A stretch of DNA of 62,833 nucleotides from an uncultured Klebsiella sp. (lineage in GTDB: Bacteria; Verrucomicrobiota; Verrucomicrobiia; Limisphaerales; SXTU01). How positions within the stretch are numbered: the stretch's first letter is position 1; every line of letters starts with the position of its first letter. The translations under genes were made by a program, and so were the position numbers. The stretch covers positions 5,681 through 68,513 of the forward strand of contig CAZQEW010000007.1 of assembly GCA_964591495.1 (NCBI GenBank). The letters are read 5' to 3'. Under the pieces are notes generated by a model. That model made no database searches and was not told the DNA's origin. It saw only the letters and a list, made by a program, of their open reading frames with translations. This document shows positions 26,609-37,389 of the stretch, piece after piece.

Positions 26609-27907
26609 ATGAACCTCGTCCAGATCACCCCCGGTGCGGGTGGGATGTATTGCGGGAACTGCTTCCGCGACAACGCTCTGGTCGAGGCGTTGCGGCGGCG
26701 GGGGCACGAGGTGCTCATGGTGCCGCTCTACCTGCCCATGACGCTGGATGAAGAGAGCCAGGCCGCCGGCGTGCCAACCTTCTTCGGCGGCATCAACGTC
26801 TATCTCCAGCAGCAGTCCGCTTTCTTCCGCCGCGCGCCCAAATGGCTGCACTCGCTGCTCGACTCCCCCGCCCTGCTCAAACTCGCCGCCGGCCGCGCCG
26901 CAAAGACCCGCGCTGCTGATGTCGGTGAACTCTCCCTGTCCATGTTGCGCGGCGAAGCAGGCAATCAAGCCCGCGAACTCGACGAGTTAATCGCTTGGCT
27001 CAAGACCCAGCCGCGCACCGATGTGGTCATGCTTTCCAACGCGATGCTCATGGGCTTCACGCGCAAGCTGAAGACGGAACTTGGCTGCAAGGTGGTCTGC
27101 AATCTTCAGGGTGAGGATGCCTACCTTGACTCCATGCCGAGCCCGTTGCGCGAGCAGGTCTGGACGCTGCTGGCCGAGCGCTGCCGCGATTGTGATCTGT
27201 TCATTGCCCCCAGTCGCTACTTCGGCGACACGATGACGAAGCGGCTAAATCTTCCGGCGGACAGGGTCAAAGTAGTTTTCAACGGCATCAGCCTGGAGGG
27301 CTATGGCGCAACTCCGAACTCCGGGCTTCGAACTCCAAACTCCCCCATCCTGGGCTACTTCGCGCGCATGTGCCGCGACAAGGGCCTCGACCTTCTGGTC
27401 GAGACTTTCATCGAGTTGAAGCGGCGTAACGCCGTCCCCGGGCTGAAACTCAAGGTTGGGGGAGGCTGCGGTCCCAGCGACGAGCCATTCGTCGCGCAGC
27501 TCAAGGAGCATCTCCGCCGCGCGGGCTGCCTCGACGACGTATCATTTCACCCCAACCTGACACGCGAGGAAAAGGTCGCGTTCCTCCAATCGCTCAGCGT
27601 CTTCTCTGTCCCGGCGCTCTACGGCGAGGGCTTCGGGCTGTATCTCATTGAGGCGCTGGCGGCGGGCGTGCCCGTGGTGCAACCGCGCCACGCGGCGTTT
27701 CCCGAACTCATCGAGGCCACCGGCGGCGGCATTCTCGCCGAGCCAAACGCGGCTTCCCTCGCGGCGGCGATTGAGACGCTGCTGCGTGACCCCGCGCGGC
27801 TCAACGCGCTCCGTCAATCCGGCCAACGTGCGGTGATGGAGCGGTTCACCGTCGATCGGATGGCGAAGGGTGTGGAGGAGGCTTTGGCGGCGCTCACCGT
27901 CCGGTAA
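26609..27907 (+). CDS. glycosyltransferase, GT4 (GT-B fold) family
   Basis: 432 aa. The C-terminal half has GYFARMCRDKGLDLL, LKVGGG and PALYGEGFGLYLIEALAAGVPVV (E-x7-E type motif). Confidence 0.85.
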   Translation: MNLVQITPGAGGMYCGNCFRDNALVEALRRRGHEVLMVPLYLPMTLDEESQAAGVPTFFGGINVYLQQQSAFFRRAPKWLHSLLDSPALLKLAAGRAAKTRAADVGELSLSMLRGEAGNQARELDELIAWLKTQPRTDVVMLSNAMLMGFTRKLKTELGCKVVCNLQGEDAYLDSMPSPLREQVWTLLAERCRDCDLFIAPSRYFGDTMTKRLNLPADRVKVVFNGISLEGYGATPNSGLRTPNSPILGYFARMCRDKGLDLLVETFIELKRRNAVPGLKLKVGGGCGPSDEPFVAQLKEHLRRAGCLDDVSFHPNLTREEKVAFLQSLSVFSVPALYGEGFGLYLIEALAAGVPVVQPRHAAFPELIEATGGGILAEPNAASLAAAIETLLRDPARLNALRQSGQRAVMERFTVDRMAKGVEEALAALTVR

Positions 27908-27954
27908 AGCGGCGAGAACAAGGATCGGCGTTGCCGCGTCCAACCGGGACCATT

Positions 27955-29391
27955 ATGTTCACTCCAGTGAACACCCCGTTCGTTCGGCCTCAGGTTACTG
28001 GCTCCAGCCGCCGCGACTTCCTCGCGCACTGTGGCATGGGCATGGGCACGGTGGGGCTCGCGGGCTTGCTGCCAACGGCGGGCGCGGCGGAATCGGTCAG
28101 CCCGCTCGCGCCGAAGGCCCCGCACTTCCGCGGGCGGGCTAAGCGCGTCATCCACTTCTTCCTCAATGGCGGGCCGTCGCACGTGGACACGTTCGACCCC
28201 AAGCCCGCGCTCGCCAAATACGCCGGCCAGCAGTTGCCCAGCGAAAACCTCCGCACCGAACGCAAGACCGGCGCAGCCTTCCCCTCCCCCTTCAAGTTCC
28301 AGCCCTACGGCCAGAGCGGCCTCGAAATCAGCGAGGTCTTTTCCCGCACCGCGCAGTTCGCCGACGACATCGCGGTGGTGCGCTCGATGTATGCCCAGGT
28401 GCCGAACCACGAGCCTTCGCTCATGCTGATGAACTGCGGCGACTCCGTGCAGGCGCGGCCCAGCTTCGGCTCGTGGCTGCTCTACGGCCTCGGCTCGGAG
28501 AACCAAAATCTGCCCGGCTTCATCGCGATGAGCCCTGGCGGCTATCCCATCAAGGACACGCAGAACTGGCAGAATGGCTTCCTGCCGGGCGTGTATCAGG
28601 GGACGTTCATTGACCCGCAGCACACGCAGTTGGAGAAGCTCATCGAAAACATCCGCAGCCCGCACGCGACCGCCGATATGCAGCAGCGGCAACTCGCTTT
28701 GCTCCGCCAGTTGAACGCCGAGCATCAGGCCGCGCGCGCCAATGACTCGCGGCTCGATGCGCGCATCCAGTCCTTTGAACTCGCCTTCCGCATGCAGATG
28801 GAGGCGAGCGACGCGTTTGACCTGAGCAAGGAACCGGAGCATCTCCGGTCGCTCTACGGCGAGCACGTCCACGGGCGGCAGACGCTCATCGCGCGGCGGC
28901 TGCTGGAGCGCGGCGTGCGCTTCGTGCAGCTCTGGCACGGCGCAGGCCAGCCGTGGGACAACCACGACAACATCGAGGGCAACGTCCGCAAGCTTGCCGC
29001 CCAGATTGACCAGCCCATCGCCGCGCTCATCGCGGACCTCAAGCAGCGCGGGATGTTCGAGGACACGCTCATCCTCTGGGGCGGCGAGTTTGGCCGCACG
29101 CCCACGGTGGAGCTGACCGACGCCGGGAAGTCCAAGCTGGGCCGCGACCACAATCACTACGGCTTCAGCGTGTGGATGGCCGGCGGCGGCATCAAGGGCG
29201 GCACCGTCCACGGCGCGACGGACGAATTCGGTTTCGCCGCGGTGCAAGACCGCGCCTCCGTCCACGACCTGCACGCTACGATGCTCGACCGCCTCGGCTT
29301 CGATCACGAGCGGCTCACCTACCGCTACGCGGGCCGGGACTTCCGGCTGACGGATGTGCATGGGCGGGTGATGCGGGACATGTTGGCTTAA
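27955..29391 (+). CDS. DUF1501 domain protein (sulfatase-like fold) with a Tat-type signal
   Basis: SRRDFLAHCGMGMGTVGLAGLL twin-arginine-like leader, GGPSHVDTFDPKP, GEFGRTP and GRDHNHYGFSVWMAGGG are DUF1501 hallmarks. The track start is TTG 27931. Confidence 0.9.
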   Translation: MFTPVNTPFVRPQVTGSSRRDFLAHCGMGMGTVGLAGLLPTAGAAESVSPLAPKAPHFRGRAKRVIHFFLNGGPSHVDTFDPKPALAKYAGQQLPSENLRTERKTGAAFPSPFKFQPYGQSGLEISEVFSRTAQFADDIAVVRSMYAQVPNHEPSLMLMNCGDSVQARPSFGSWLLYGLGSENQNLPGFIAMSPGGYPIKDTQNWQNGFLPGVYQGTFIDPQHTQLEKLIENIRSPHATADMQQRQLALLRQLNAEHQAARANDSRLDARIQSFELAFRMQMEASDAFDLSKEPEHLRSLYGEHVHGRQTLIARRLLERGVRFVQLWHGAGQPWDNHDNIEGNVRKLAAQIDQPIAALIADLKQRGMFEDTLILWGGEFGRTPTVELTDAGKSKLGRDHNHYGFSVWMAGGGIKGGTVHGATDEFGFAAVQDRASVHDLHATMLDRLGFDHERLTYRYAGRDFRLTDVHGRVMRDMLA

Positions 29392-29418
29392 ACCGCTGTG
29401 GCAGTTTCCCGTTGCGCA

Positions 29419-32400
29419 ATGACCTCTCTCTGCCCTGGGTTTCTCGCTGCCTGGTTGTTTGTCTTGGCGTGGGGCAATTCCCCCGCACTGGCTGCGACGC
29501 CCACATTGGCACACCTTGAATTCTTCGAGAAAAATATCCGCCCGGTGCTGGTAGCTGAATGCTACGAGTGTCATTCCTCCGCAAAGAAGAAAGGTGGTCT
29601 CGCGCTCGACACGCGCGATGGCGTGCTCAAGGGCGGCGAGTCAGGCCCGGCCATTTTCCCCGGCCAGCCGGATTCAAGCCTGCTCATGCAGGCGCTCCGA
29701 CACACGCATCCCGCGCTCAAGATGCCCAGGAACGGTGCCAAACTGGACACCCGGAACATCGCGAACTTCGCCGAGTGGATTAGTCAGGGCGCACCTGACC
29801 CGCGCACTGGCCTGACCACTGCGGGCACGCCGGCGGCGTCAGCCACTTGGGCCGACACCCTCGCCTTCCGCCGTCAGTGGTGGAGCTTCCAGCCCATCAC
29901 GCGGCCCGCCGTGCCCACGCCGAGGAACACCGCATGGAGCACCAACTCAATTGACCGCTTCCTCCTCGCGAAGATGGAGCCGGAGGGGCTTGCACCTACC
30001 GTGGACGCCGACCCGCGCACCTTCATCCGCCGGCTCACCTTCGCGCTAACCGGGCTGCCGCCCAAGGCTGAGGAGGTCGAGGCGTTTGTGCAGACAGTGC
30101 AGACCGCGGGGCGTCAATCCGCGGTTGGCCAGGTCGCAGACCGGCTCCTCGCCTCTCCACAGTTCGCCGAACGCTGGGCCCGCCACTGGCTCGACCTCGT
30201 GCGTTACGCCGAGACGCACGGCTCCGAGGGCGACCCCGAGATTCCGCAGGCGTGGCGCTATCGCGACTACGTCATCCGCGCCTTCGCCTCCGACGTTCCC
30301 GCTGACCAACTCATCCGCGAACACCTCGCAGGCGATCTGCTCCCGCCCGCGCAGACGCGCTGGAATCGAACCGAATCGCTCAACGAATCCCGCCTTGGGA
30401 TCGCCCACTTCCGGCTCGTCGAGCATGGCTTCCAGCCGGTGGACACGCTTGACGACCAGGTGAAGGCGATTGACAGCCAGATTGACGTGCTGTCGAAGGC
30501 ATTTCAGGGCCTGACCACCTCCTGCGCCCGCTGCCACGACCACAAATTCGATCCCATCAGCCAGCGCGACTACTATGCGCTTTACGGCGTGCTCGCCTCG
30601 ACCCGGCCCGCACAGGTCCAGTTCGATTCGCCGGAAGTCCTCAACCAAAGCCGCGCCGAACTCCTCGCCCTCAAAGCCCAGATTAAATCCTCCCTGGCCG
30701 ACAGTTGGCACGACGCCATCCCGCAACTGGTTGCCCAGCTTACCCGCGGATCGAGTGCTGACCCGGAATTGATCGCGCTCAACCGCCGCCGGACCCAGCT
30801 TGAGGCCGAGCGCGCCGCCCTCGAAGCATCCGCCCGCGCGAAGGCGCTCGCCGTCCGTGCCAGCGGCTTCCAGCCACCGCCCTCCGCCCCCGGCCCACCC
30901 GAACGGCAACTGCAAGTCGTCGGCACGTTGCCCCAACCCTTCGCCCGATGGTCATTCGACACCGACGCCCGCGACCAGCTCGGCTCCCTCCACGGCGAGT
31001 TGCTCGGTGGCGCGACTGTCCGCAACGGCCGCCTGGTCCTTGACGGCAAGGAAGCCCACCTGCGCACCGCGCCATTGGGCCGCGAACTGCGGGAGAAAAC
31101 CCTCGAGGCATGGGTCTCCCTCGCCACTCTGGATCAGGGCGGCGGCGGCGTGGTCACGGTTGAATCGCGTGATGGGGCTGTCTTTGATGCGATTGTGTTT
31201 GCGGAGAAGGAGCGGCGGAAGTGGGTCAACGGCAGCGATTTTTTCCGGCGCTCACGTAATCTCGACGGCACGTTGGAAACTGCCGCGCCCAACGAGCTGG
31301 TGCATGTCGCGGTCAGCTACGGAGCGGATGGGATGATCGCCTTCTTTCGCAACGGTCAGCCTTACGCCGTGCCGCATCGGCCCGGCGCGCCGCTCGTGGC
31401 ATTCCCCGCGGACGCCCGCGTGCTCCTGGGCCGCCGGCACTCGGGCGGTGGGCGCGCGCTTCTGGCCGGCGAGATCGAGGAGGCCAGGCTGTATGACCGC
31501 GCGCTGTCGGCCGGCGAAATTGCCGCCTCATTCCGCGCCGGCCCGGCTGGTGTCAGCGCGGAGGAGATCGCGCAGTCCATGTCGCCAGCGCAGCAGTCCC
31601 GGCTGGCCGTGCTGACGGCCGAGCTCAAGCAGGTCCAGGTGGAACTCGCCGCCAAATCTCCGGTTACCGGCGACACCCTCGCCGCCGCACTGAAGGAAGC
31701 GCAGAGCAACGTGGCCAGTCCGCTGCATGCCTGGGCGAGGCTCGGGCCGCTCACGGGCCCCGCGTTTGCCAACGGCTGGGCGGAGGTGGCGCGGTCGTGG
31801 CGCGATGCGCTGGCCGCCGCACAGCAGCATAATGCCCGGTTCAAGCCGGAGTGGGATCTGGCGGGCCCGGACGCCGCGAAGTGGTTTGCGGAGGGAGTTG
31901 CCTTCCCAAGCGCACCGGATCCCGGCACGCCGCGCCCGGTTGACTTCTCCCTCGAACCCGACGGTGAGCGAGTGCTCAAAGGCCTCCTGCCCGCTGGCGT
32001 CTCCTCGCACCTGCTCAGCGAGAAGCATGGCGGCCTGCTCACCTCTCCGCGCTTCCGCATCACGACCGACAACATCAGCGTGCGCGCCGCCGGCGGCAAA
32101 GGCGCAATGGTCCGGCTCATCGTGGACAACTATCCGCTGGGCGTGAACGCCGTCTTCCCGAAGGCCGAACTGACCCGCGATGAACCCGGCTGGCTGCGCC
32201 TCGACACGGCGTATCGCAAAGGCAACTGGGCTTACCTCGAATTCGGGACGGCCGACGACCTGACGCGTAAAATCGGCAAGGGCAGCGATGCCAGCGGGCG
32301 GAGCTGGTTCAGCGCCGAGCGCGTCGTCTTTCACGAGAAGGAATTGCTGCGCGAGGAACCGGTCGCGCCCGCGCCGCTGATGGAACTTGCCGGCGACTTG

Positions 32401-33585
32401 CAGCCGGCGGCGCCTGTGAATGCCGCCGCCCTTGCACAGCGCTATGCCGACACGCTCACCGCCTGCGTGCAGGCCTGGCGCGAAGACAAGTTATCCGAAC
32501 CGCAACGCGCCTTCCTCGACTACTTCGTCCGCCGTGGTTTACTCCCGAATTCGCTGAATGCCTTGCCCAAAACTGCCCTGCTGATCGCCGCATATCGTCG
32601 GCTTGAGGGTGGGCTTCCCGTGCCTCGCCGGGCACCGGGCGTGATTGAGGGCACGGCTTTCGACGCGCCATTTCTTCCCCGCGGCGATCACCTGCGCCCT
32701 GCGGAACCGGTGCCCCGTGGCTATCTCGAGGCACTCGTCATGCCCGCTGCCGAGCCGCAATCCCGGACCTCCGGCCGGCTGGACCTCGCCAACGCCATCG
32801 CGTCGTCCCAAAACCCGCTGACCGCGCGCGTCATGGTTAACCGCGTCTGGCATCATCTCTTCGGTCGCGGCCTCGTGCCGACCGTGGACAACTTCGGCCG
32901 CCTGGGCGACCAGCCCACGCACCCCGAACTGCTCGACCACCTCGCCGCGCAGTTCATCGCCGATGGATGGTCGTTCAAGAAACTCATTCGCCACCTCGTC
33001 ACCACGCGCGCCTTCCAGCTCGCCAGTGAACCCACCGCTGCCGCCCGCGAGCGCGATGCGGCCAACGTATTCCTCTCCCATTTCCGGGTCCGCCGGCTCG
33101 AAGCGGAAGCCATTCGGGACACGCTGCTGGCCGTCAGCGGCCGGCTCGACCCCGTGCAGTTCGGTCCGCCCGTCGGCATCGGCGACCGCGCACGCCGCAG
33201 CATTTACCTCAACGTGCGCCGCAACAACCTCAGCCCCTTCCTCGAGATCTTCGACGCGCCGAAACCCTTCACCACCCTCGGCCGCCGCGACACCACCAAC
33301 GTTCCCGCCCAATCACTGGCGTTGCTGAACGACCCGTTCGTCATCGAGTCCGCGAAGAACTGGGCTGAACAGCTCCTTCGCCAGACGCCGCAGGCCGACG
33401 TGACCGCGCGTCTTCAACTGCTCTTCCAAGCCGCCTTTGCGCGCTCTCCGAACGCCGACGAGCTCGCCAAGTCCCGCGCCTATCTGGCATCGCTCGGCAC
33501 GGACGTAAACCCGCACGACCCGCGCGCGTGGCAGGACTTCATCCAGTCGCTGTTGAACTTGAAGGAGTTCATCTATGTGCGGTGA
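29419..33585 (+). CDS. PSCyt1 / PSCyt2(DUF1549) / LamG-like / PSD1(DUF1553) multidomain protein
   Basis: CxxCH as CYECH at 29560-29574. DRFLLAKMEPEGLAP..RRLTFALTGLPP (DUF1549). CARCHDHKFDP. A LamG-like block ARWSFD...GGATVRNGRLVLDG...EIEEARLYDRALSAGEI. A C-terminal DUF1553 block NRVWHHLFGRGLV..DNFG. The track start is GTG 29398. Confidence 0.9.
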   Translation: MTSLCPGFLAAWLFVLAWGNSPALAATPTLAHLEFFEKNIRPVLVAECYECHSSAKKKGGLALDTRDGVLKGGESGPAIFPGQPDSSLLMQALRHTHPALKMPRNGAKLDTRNIANFAEWISQGAPDPRTGLTTAGTPAASATWADTLAFRRQWWSFQPITRPAVPTPRNTAWSTNSIDRFLLAKMEPEGLAPTVDADPRTFIRRLTFALTGLPPKAEEVEAFVQTVQTAGRQSAVGQVADRLLASPQFAERWARHWLDLVRYAETHGSEGDPEIPQAWRYRDYVIRAFASDVPADQLIREHLAGDLLPPAQTRWNRTESLNESRLGIAHFRLVEHGFQPVDTLDDQVKAIDSQIDVLSKAFQGLTTSCARCHDHKFDPISQRDYYALYGVLASTRPAQVQFDSPEVLNQSRAELLALKAQIKSSLADSWHDAIPQLVAQLTRGSSADPELIALNRRRTQLEAERAALEASARAKALAVRASGFQPPPSAPGPPERQLQVVGTLPQPFARWSFDTDARDQLGSLHGELLGGATVRNGRLVLDGKEAHLRTAPLGRELREKTLEAWVSLATLDQGGGGVVTVESRDGAVFDAIVFAEKERRKWVNGSDFFRRSRNLDGTLETAAPNELVHVAVSYGADGMIAFFRNGQPYAVPHRPGAPLVAFPADARVLLGRRHSGGGRALLAGEIEEARLYDRALSAGEIAASFRAGPAGVSAEEIAQSMSPAQQSRLAVLTAELKQVQVELAAKSPVTGDTLAAALKEAQSNVASPLHAWARLGPLTGPAFANGWAEVARSWRDALAAAQQHNARFKPEWDLAGPDAAKWFAEGVAFPSAPDPGTPRPVDFSLEPDGERVLKGLLPAGVSSHLLSEKHGGLLTSPRFRITTDNISVRAAGGKGAMVRLIVDNYPLGVNAVFPKAELTRDEPGWLRLDTAYRKGNWAYLEFGTADDLTRKIGKGSDASGRSWFSAERVVFHEKELLREEPVAPAPLMELAGDLQPAAPVNAAALAQRYADTLTACVQAWREDKLSEPQRAFLDYFVRRGLLPNSLNALPKTALLIAAYRRLEGGLPVPRRAPGVIEGTAFDAPFLPRGDHLRPAEPVPRGYLEALVMPAAEPQSRTSGRLDLANAIASSQNPLTARVMVNRVWHHLFGRGLVPTVDNFGRLGDQPTHPELLDHLAAQFIADGWSFKKLIRHLVTTRAFQLASEPTAAARERDAANVFLSHFRVRRLEAEAIRDTLLAVSGRLDPVQFGPPVGIGDRARRSIYLNVRRNNLSPFLEIFDAPKPFTTLGRRDTTNVPAQSLALLNDPFVIESAKNWAEQLLRQTPQADVTARLQLLFQAAFARSPNADELAKSRAYLASLGTDVNPHDPRAWQDFIQSLLNLKEFIYVR

Positions 33586-33634
33586 GCTGCAGGAGCGCGG
33601 CATTCATGCCGCAACTACAGGCAAAAGAAGGAAG

Positions 33635-35920
33635 ATGGTCGAAGGCCCCCGTTGGTGGCTGCGTTTCTGCGGCCTGATGGCCGCGCTCCTCGCTCTGCAG
33701 CTGGCACTGACCAATGCGGCCTTAGCTGAACTCACCGTCCTCCACGTCCAAGTCGCCCCGCCCGCCGGGCAATCACGCGTCCCAGCCGCCACCACACAGG
33801 GCCGCTCGCTCGCGCCGCAGGCCATCTCCGCCGTTCACGTCAGCGCGGACGGAAAATTCATCACCGTCGGCACGATGGCGCATAGTCACGACGCGAACGT
33901 GTGGCAGTTCGCACCCGACGGCGCGGTGCTGGCGAAGCGCCACCTGCCGCCGTGGGCGCCGATGCACGTCGCGACGCTCGATGGCGGCAAGGCCTTGGCC
34001 GTCGGGCTGGCTTACTCGCACTTTACGTCCCCGGAGCCGACGGTGTGGCTCGGCGGTTCGGACGCGCTGCTGCGTGAGCCGCTGAAGGACACGTTTGCCG
34101 AGGCCGACACGCGCGACAGCGAACTGGCCCGGCTGCGTCCGGGCGCGGGCGACTGGCGCACGGGCTGGCTCGTGAGTCATCTCGGTGAGTTGTTCGTGCA
34201 TGGGCCGGACTGGGCTTTCAAGCCGCCGGGCTTGCTTCTTCATGCCGATGGCACGCGCACTCGCCTGCGTTACGAGGACAAAAACCAGTTGCCCACGAGC
34301 CGCGCCACGCGCATGTCCGCGAGCCGCGATGGCAAGCGCGTCGCGTTCGGCTGGCTTACGCTGAACCAGCCCGCTGACCCGCGCAAGCCGCGTCACGCCG
34401 CGAGCGTTTGGGGCGTGAACCCAAACCGCCCGCTGTGGACTGCGCCGGCGTCGGATGACTTGTCCGCCCCCGCGCTGCCCAACCCAGCCGCGGATTTTCC
34501 CGAGCTCACGAAGGATGGCTTCCGCCTCGCCGCCGATGCGGTTGCACCCGGCACAGTGACCGCTGCCGTGGCGTTGAGTGCGGACGGCTCGCGCGTGGCG
34601 CTGGTGGAATACGCCGTGCAAGTCTGGACGCGCACCGGCCCGGCCATCGGCAAGTGGGACCCGCCGATTCACGCGCTGAGTTTTGTGCCGAAGCAGCGAG
34701 GTCGCCTGCGCGTGTTCGATGCCAACGGCAAGGAGCTGCTGCGCGAGTGGCTGCCGGAAGCGGGGCTGTTCGAAGTCGGCTTCGGCGGGGACGCGGTGTG
34801 GTGCTGGCCAGCGTCGTGGTTCGCGCGCGGCATGGCGGGCGAACCGTGGCTGCCGGTGCAGGTGGACGCGCACAACGTGTATCGCGTGGATGTCACGGCC
34901 CGCACGGCGACCGCGTTCGGCTTCGCCGATGCCATCGCCGACTGTGCGCCGAATCCCGCTGCTGACCGCGTGCTGGTGTCGGGTTGGGATGGGCAAGTGA
35001 CGCTGCTGGCTGGCGGCGGGAAGGTTTCTGCGAAGCAGGAGCTCAACGGGCCAGTGCGGCTTGCGTGGAGCGGAGATGGTTCCTTCGCCGTCCTCGGCTC
35101 AGCCGGCGGCCAGCTCGCACGGCTGGAGCGCGACGGGAAATTGAGTTGGAGGCAAAGCTTGCTCACGACGGGACCACCCATCGTCACAACACTGCCTGCC
35201 GCAGTCGTCGCTGGCCTGCCCGTGCATCAAGGCGGACGCATCCCCGGCGGCGAGCACGCCTACGTTGGTGACATCTGGGTGCTCAAGCTCGGGCGCGAGG
35301 CGGTGCTGGTAGATGCGGGCGGGACTTCGGGCTTCGCACTGTCGCAGGCGCGGCTGAAGGCGCTCGGCATCGAACGCGTGACGCATGTCCTGCACACGCA
35401 TTCGCACGGCGACCATTGCGGCGGCGCGTATCTCTGGCGCGCGGCGGGCGCGAAGATTGTCGGGCCGAAGTCCGCCGCGCTCACGCTGACGTGGCTCATG
35501 CCGATGCTCACGGACTACGGCATCTTCCCGCCGCGTCCGCTGGACGTGCCGCTGCCGCTTACGCGCGTGGGTGACGAGACGGAGTTCACCGTCTCCGGCC
35601 AGAAGTTCCGCGCGCTGTTCGTGCCCGGGCACAGCTTCGACCTGACGGTTTACATGACGGATTTGGGCGGCAAGCGCGTGGCCTTCACCGGCGACCTCGG
35701 CTTCGAGCGCGAGAGCGACATCGTCCACCGCTGCTGGGGCGACGCGGCGAAGGCCCGACCGGTCATCCAAGCCATCCGGGACAAGCTGCTCGCGTGGAAG
35801 CCCGCCGTCGTGTTCACCGGCCACGGCGTGCGCCCGAATGGAACGGAGTGGGTCGAGGATTTGCTGCGCCGGTCGGAAGAATCGCTTGCGAAAGCCGCCG
35901 TCAAAGGAGATAGCAAATGA
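33635..35920 (+). CDS. secreted beta-propeller-like region fused to a C-terminal metallo-beta-lactamase-fold domain
   Basis: From ATG 33635 the signal peptide is [31 protein letters not shown]. The C-terminus has the MBL motif [14 protein letters not shown] and later FVPGHS, FTGD. An alternative ATG at 33575 overlaps the PSD1 gene stop. Confidence 0.8.
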   Translation: MVEGPRWWLRFCGLMAALLALQLALTNAALAELTVLHVQVAPPAGQSRVPAATTQGRSLAPQAISAVHVSADGKFITVGTMAHSHDANVWQFAPDGAVLAKRHLPPWAPMHVATLDGGKALAVGLAYSHFTSPEPTVWLGGSDALLREPLKDTFAEADTRDSELARLRPGAGDWRTGWLVSHLGELFVHGPDWAFKPPGLLLHADGTRTRLRYEDKNQLPTSRATRMSASRDGKRVAFGWLTLNQPADPRKPRHAASVWGVNPNRPLWTAPASDDLSAPALPNPAADFPELTKDGFRLAADAVAPGTVTAAVALSADGSRVALVEYAVQVWTRTGPAIGKWDPPIHALSFVPKQRGRLRVFDANGKELLREWLPEAGLFEVGFGGDAVWCWPASWFARGMAGEPWLPVQVDAHNVYRVDVTARTATAFGFADAIADCAPNPAADRVLVSGWDGQVTLLAGGGKVSAKQELNGPVRLAWSGDGSFAVLGSAGGQLARLERDGKLSWRQSLLTTGPPIVTTLPAAVVAGLPVHQGGRIPGGEHAYVGDIWVLKLGREAVLVDAGGTSGFALSQARLKALGIERVTHVLHTHSHGDHCGGAYLWRAAGAKIVGPKSAALTLTWLMPMLTDYGIFPPRPLDVPLPLTRVGDETEFTVSGQKFRALFVPGHSFDLTVYMTDLGGKRVAFTGDLGFERESDIVHRCWGDAAKARPVIQAIRDKLLAWKPAVVFTGHGVRPNGTEWVEDLLRRSEESLAKAAVKGDSK

Positions 35921-37347
35921 ACTTGCAGCCGCTGAACCAACGTCAGCTCTCCCGCCGCGCGATGCTCCAACGCACGTCGCTCGGCTTCGGCTCGCTCGCG
36001 CTGGCGGGTCTGATGCACGGCCGCGCGTTTGGCGCGGGCCTGCCGCCGGGACAACCGCACTTCGCACCGCGGGCCAAGCGCGTCATCTTTGCCTACATGA
36101 GCGGCGGGGTGTCGCACGTGGATTCGTTCGACCCGAAACCCGAACTGACCAAGCGCCACGGCCAGCCGATGCCCGTGCCGGTGCGCCCGACGGTGTTCAA
36201 CAACAACGGCAACCTCATGGCCAGTCCGTGGGAGGCGAAGCCACGCGGCCAGAGCGGCCTCGTGATGACCGATCTGTTTCCCCGACTCGCCGCGCTCGCC
36301 GACGACCTCGCGGTCATCCGTAGCATGACCAGCAAGGTCAACGAGCACGCGCAGGGCAATTACTTCTTCCACACCGGCTTTCCCTTCATGGGTCATCCCA
36401 GCGCGGGGGCCTGGATGAGCTACGGCCTCGGCGTAGAAAACGAGAATCTGCCCGGCTTCGTCGTGCTCCAGAGCGGCGGCGCGGTGGCCCCGCACGGCGG
36501 CGTGGGCCTCTTCAGCAACGGCTACCTGCCCGCACAGCATCAGGCCAGCATCATCCGCGTGGACGAGCAGCCAGCGCTCCCGAACATCCAGCCGCGCGAG
36601 AGCGACGCCACGCAGCGCCAGCGACTGAACTTCATCCGCGCGCTGGACACGCCCTTTGCCCAGGCGACCGGCGAGGCGGCGATTGAAGGCGCGATCCGCA
36701 ACTACGAGACGGCTTACCGGATGCAGTCTGCCGTGCCGGAGCTGTGCGACATCAGCGGCGAAAGCGAAGCCACGAAGAAGCTTTACGGCCTCGACTCCCC
36801 TCACAGGCAATGCGCCAGCTACGGGCGGCAATGCCTCGTCGCGCGGCGGCTCATCGAGCGCGGCGTGCGCTTCGTGGAACTGAGCTGCCTCAACGAAGGC
36901 ATCGGGGCAGGCAACGCGCCGAACCCGTGGGACCAGCACGGCAAGATCAAGGAAGGCCACGGCGCGATGGCGCATCAGGTGGACACCGGCCTCGCGGGAT
37001 TGCTCACCGACCTCAAGGCCCGCGGCCTGCTCGACGACACGCTTGTGCTCTTCAGCGGCGAGTTTGGGCGCACGCCCTTCTCGCAGGGCAGCGACGGGCG
37101 CGATCACAACCCCTTCGGCTTCAGTCTTTGGCTGGCGGGCGGCGGCGTGCGGGGTGGCACGGCCTTCGGCGCGACGGACGAGCTGGGCTACTTTGCCGTC
37201 GAGGACAAGTGCGAGATTTACGACCTCTACGCGACCATGCTGCACCTGCTGGGAATGGACCATGAGCGCCTCACCCACCGCTTTGGCGGGCGCGATTTCC
37301 GGCTGACGGACGTGCATGGGCACGTCATCCGGGAAGTGCTGGCGTAG
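35917..37347 (+). CDS. DUF1501 domain protein with a Tat-type signal (second copy)
   Basis: ATGA overlap with the upstream gene. [22 protein letters not shown] leader, [21 protein letters not shown] and [17 protein letters not shown]. Confidence 0.9.
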   Translation: MNLQPLNQRQLSRRAMLQRTSLGFGSLALAGLMHGRAFGAGLPPGQPHFAPRAKRVIFAYMSGGVSHVDSFDPKPELTKRHGQPMPVPVRPTVFNNNGNLMASPWEAKPRGQSGLVMTDLFPRLAALADDLAVIRSMTSKVNEHAQGNYFFHTGFPFMGHPSAGAWMSYGLGVENENLPGFVVLQSGGAVAPHGGVGLFSNGYLPAQHQASIIRVDEQPALPNIQPRESDATQRQRLNFIRALDTPFAQATGEAAIEGAIRNYETAYRMQSAVPELCDISGESEATKKLYGLDSPHRQCASYGRQCLVARRLIERGVRFVELSCLNEGIGAGNAPNPWDQHGKIKEGHGAMAHQVDTGLAGLLTDLKARGLLDDTLVLFSGEFGRTPFSQGSDGRDHNPFGFSLWLAGGGVRGGTAFGATDELGYFAVEDKCEIYDLYATMLHLLGMDHERLTHRFGGRDFRLTDVHGHVIREVLA

Positions 37348-37389
37348 CGAGGCCGTTCAGATTCTGACAGCCAATCGGCCAAGCAAGCC

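Noticed and set aside
27814-29574. 586-aa minus-strand ORF opposite DUF1501 (and the similar 557-aa ORF at 35650-37323)
   Set aside because: They are antisense to DUF1501 genes with hallmark motifs (GEFGRTP, GRDHN) and have R/A/H/V/L-rich shadow composition.
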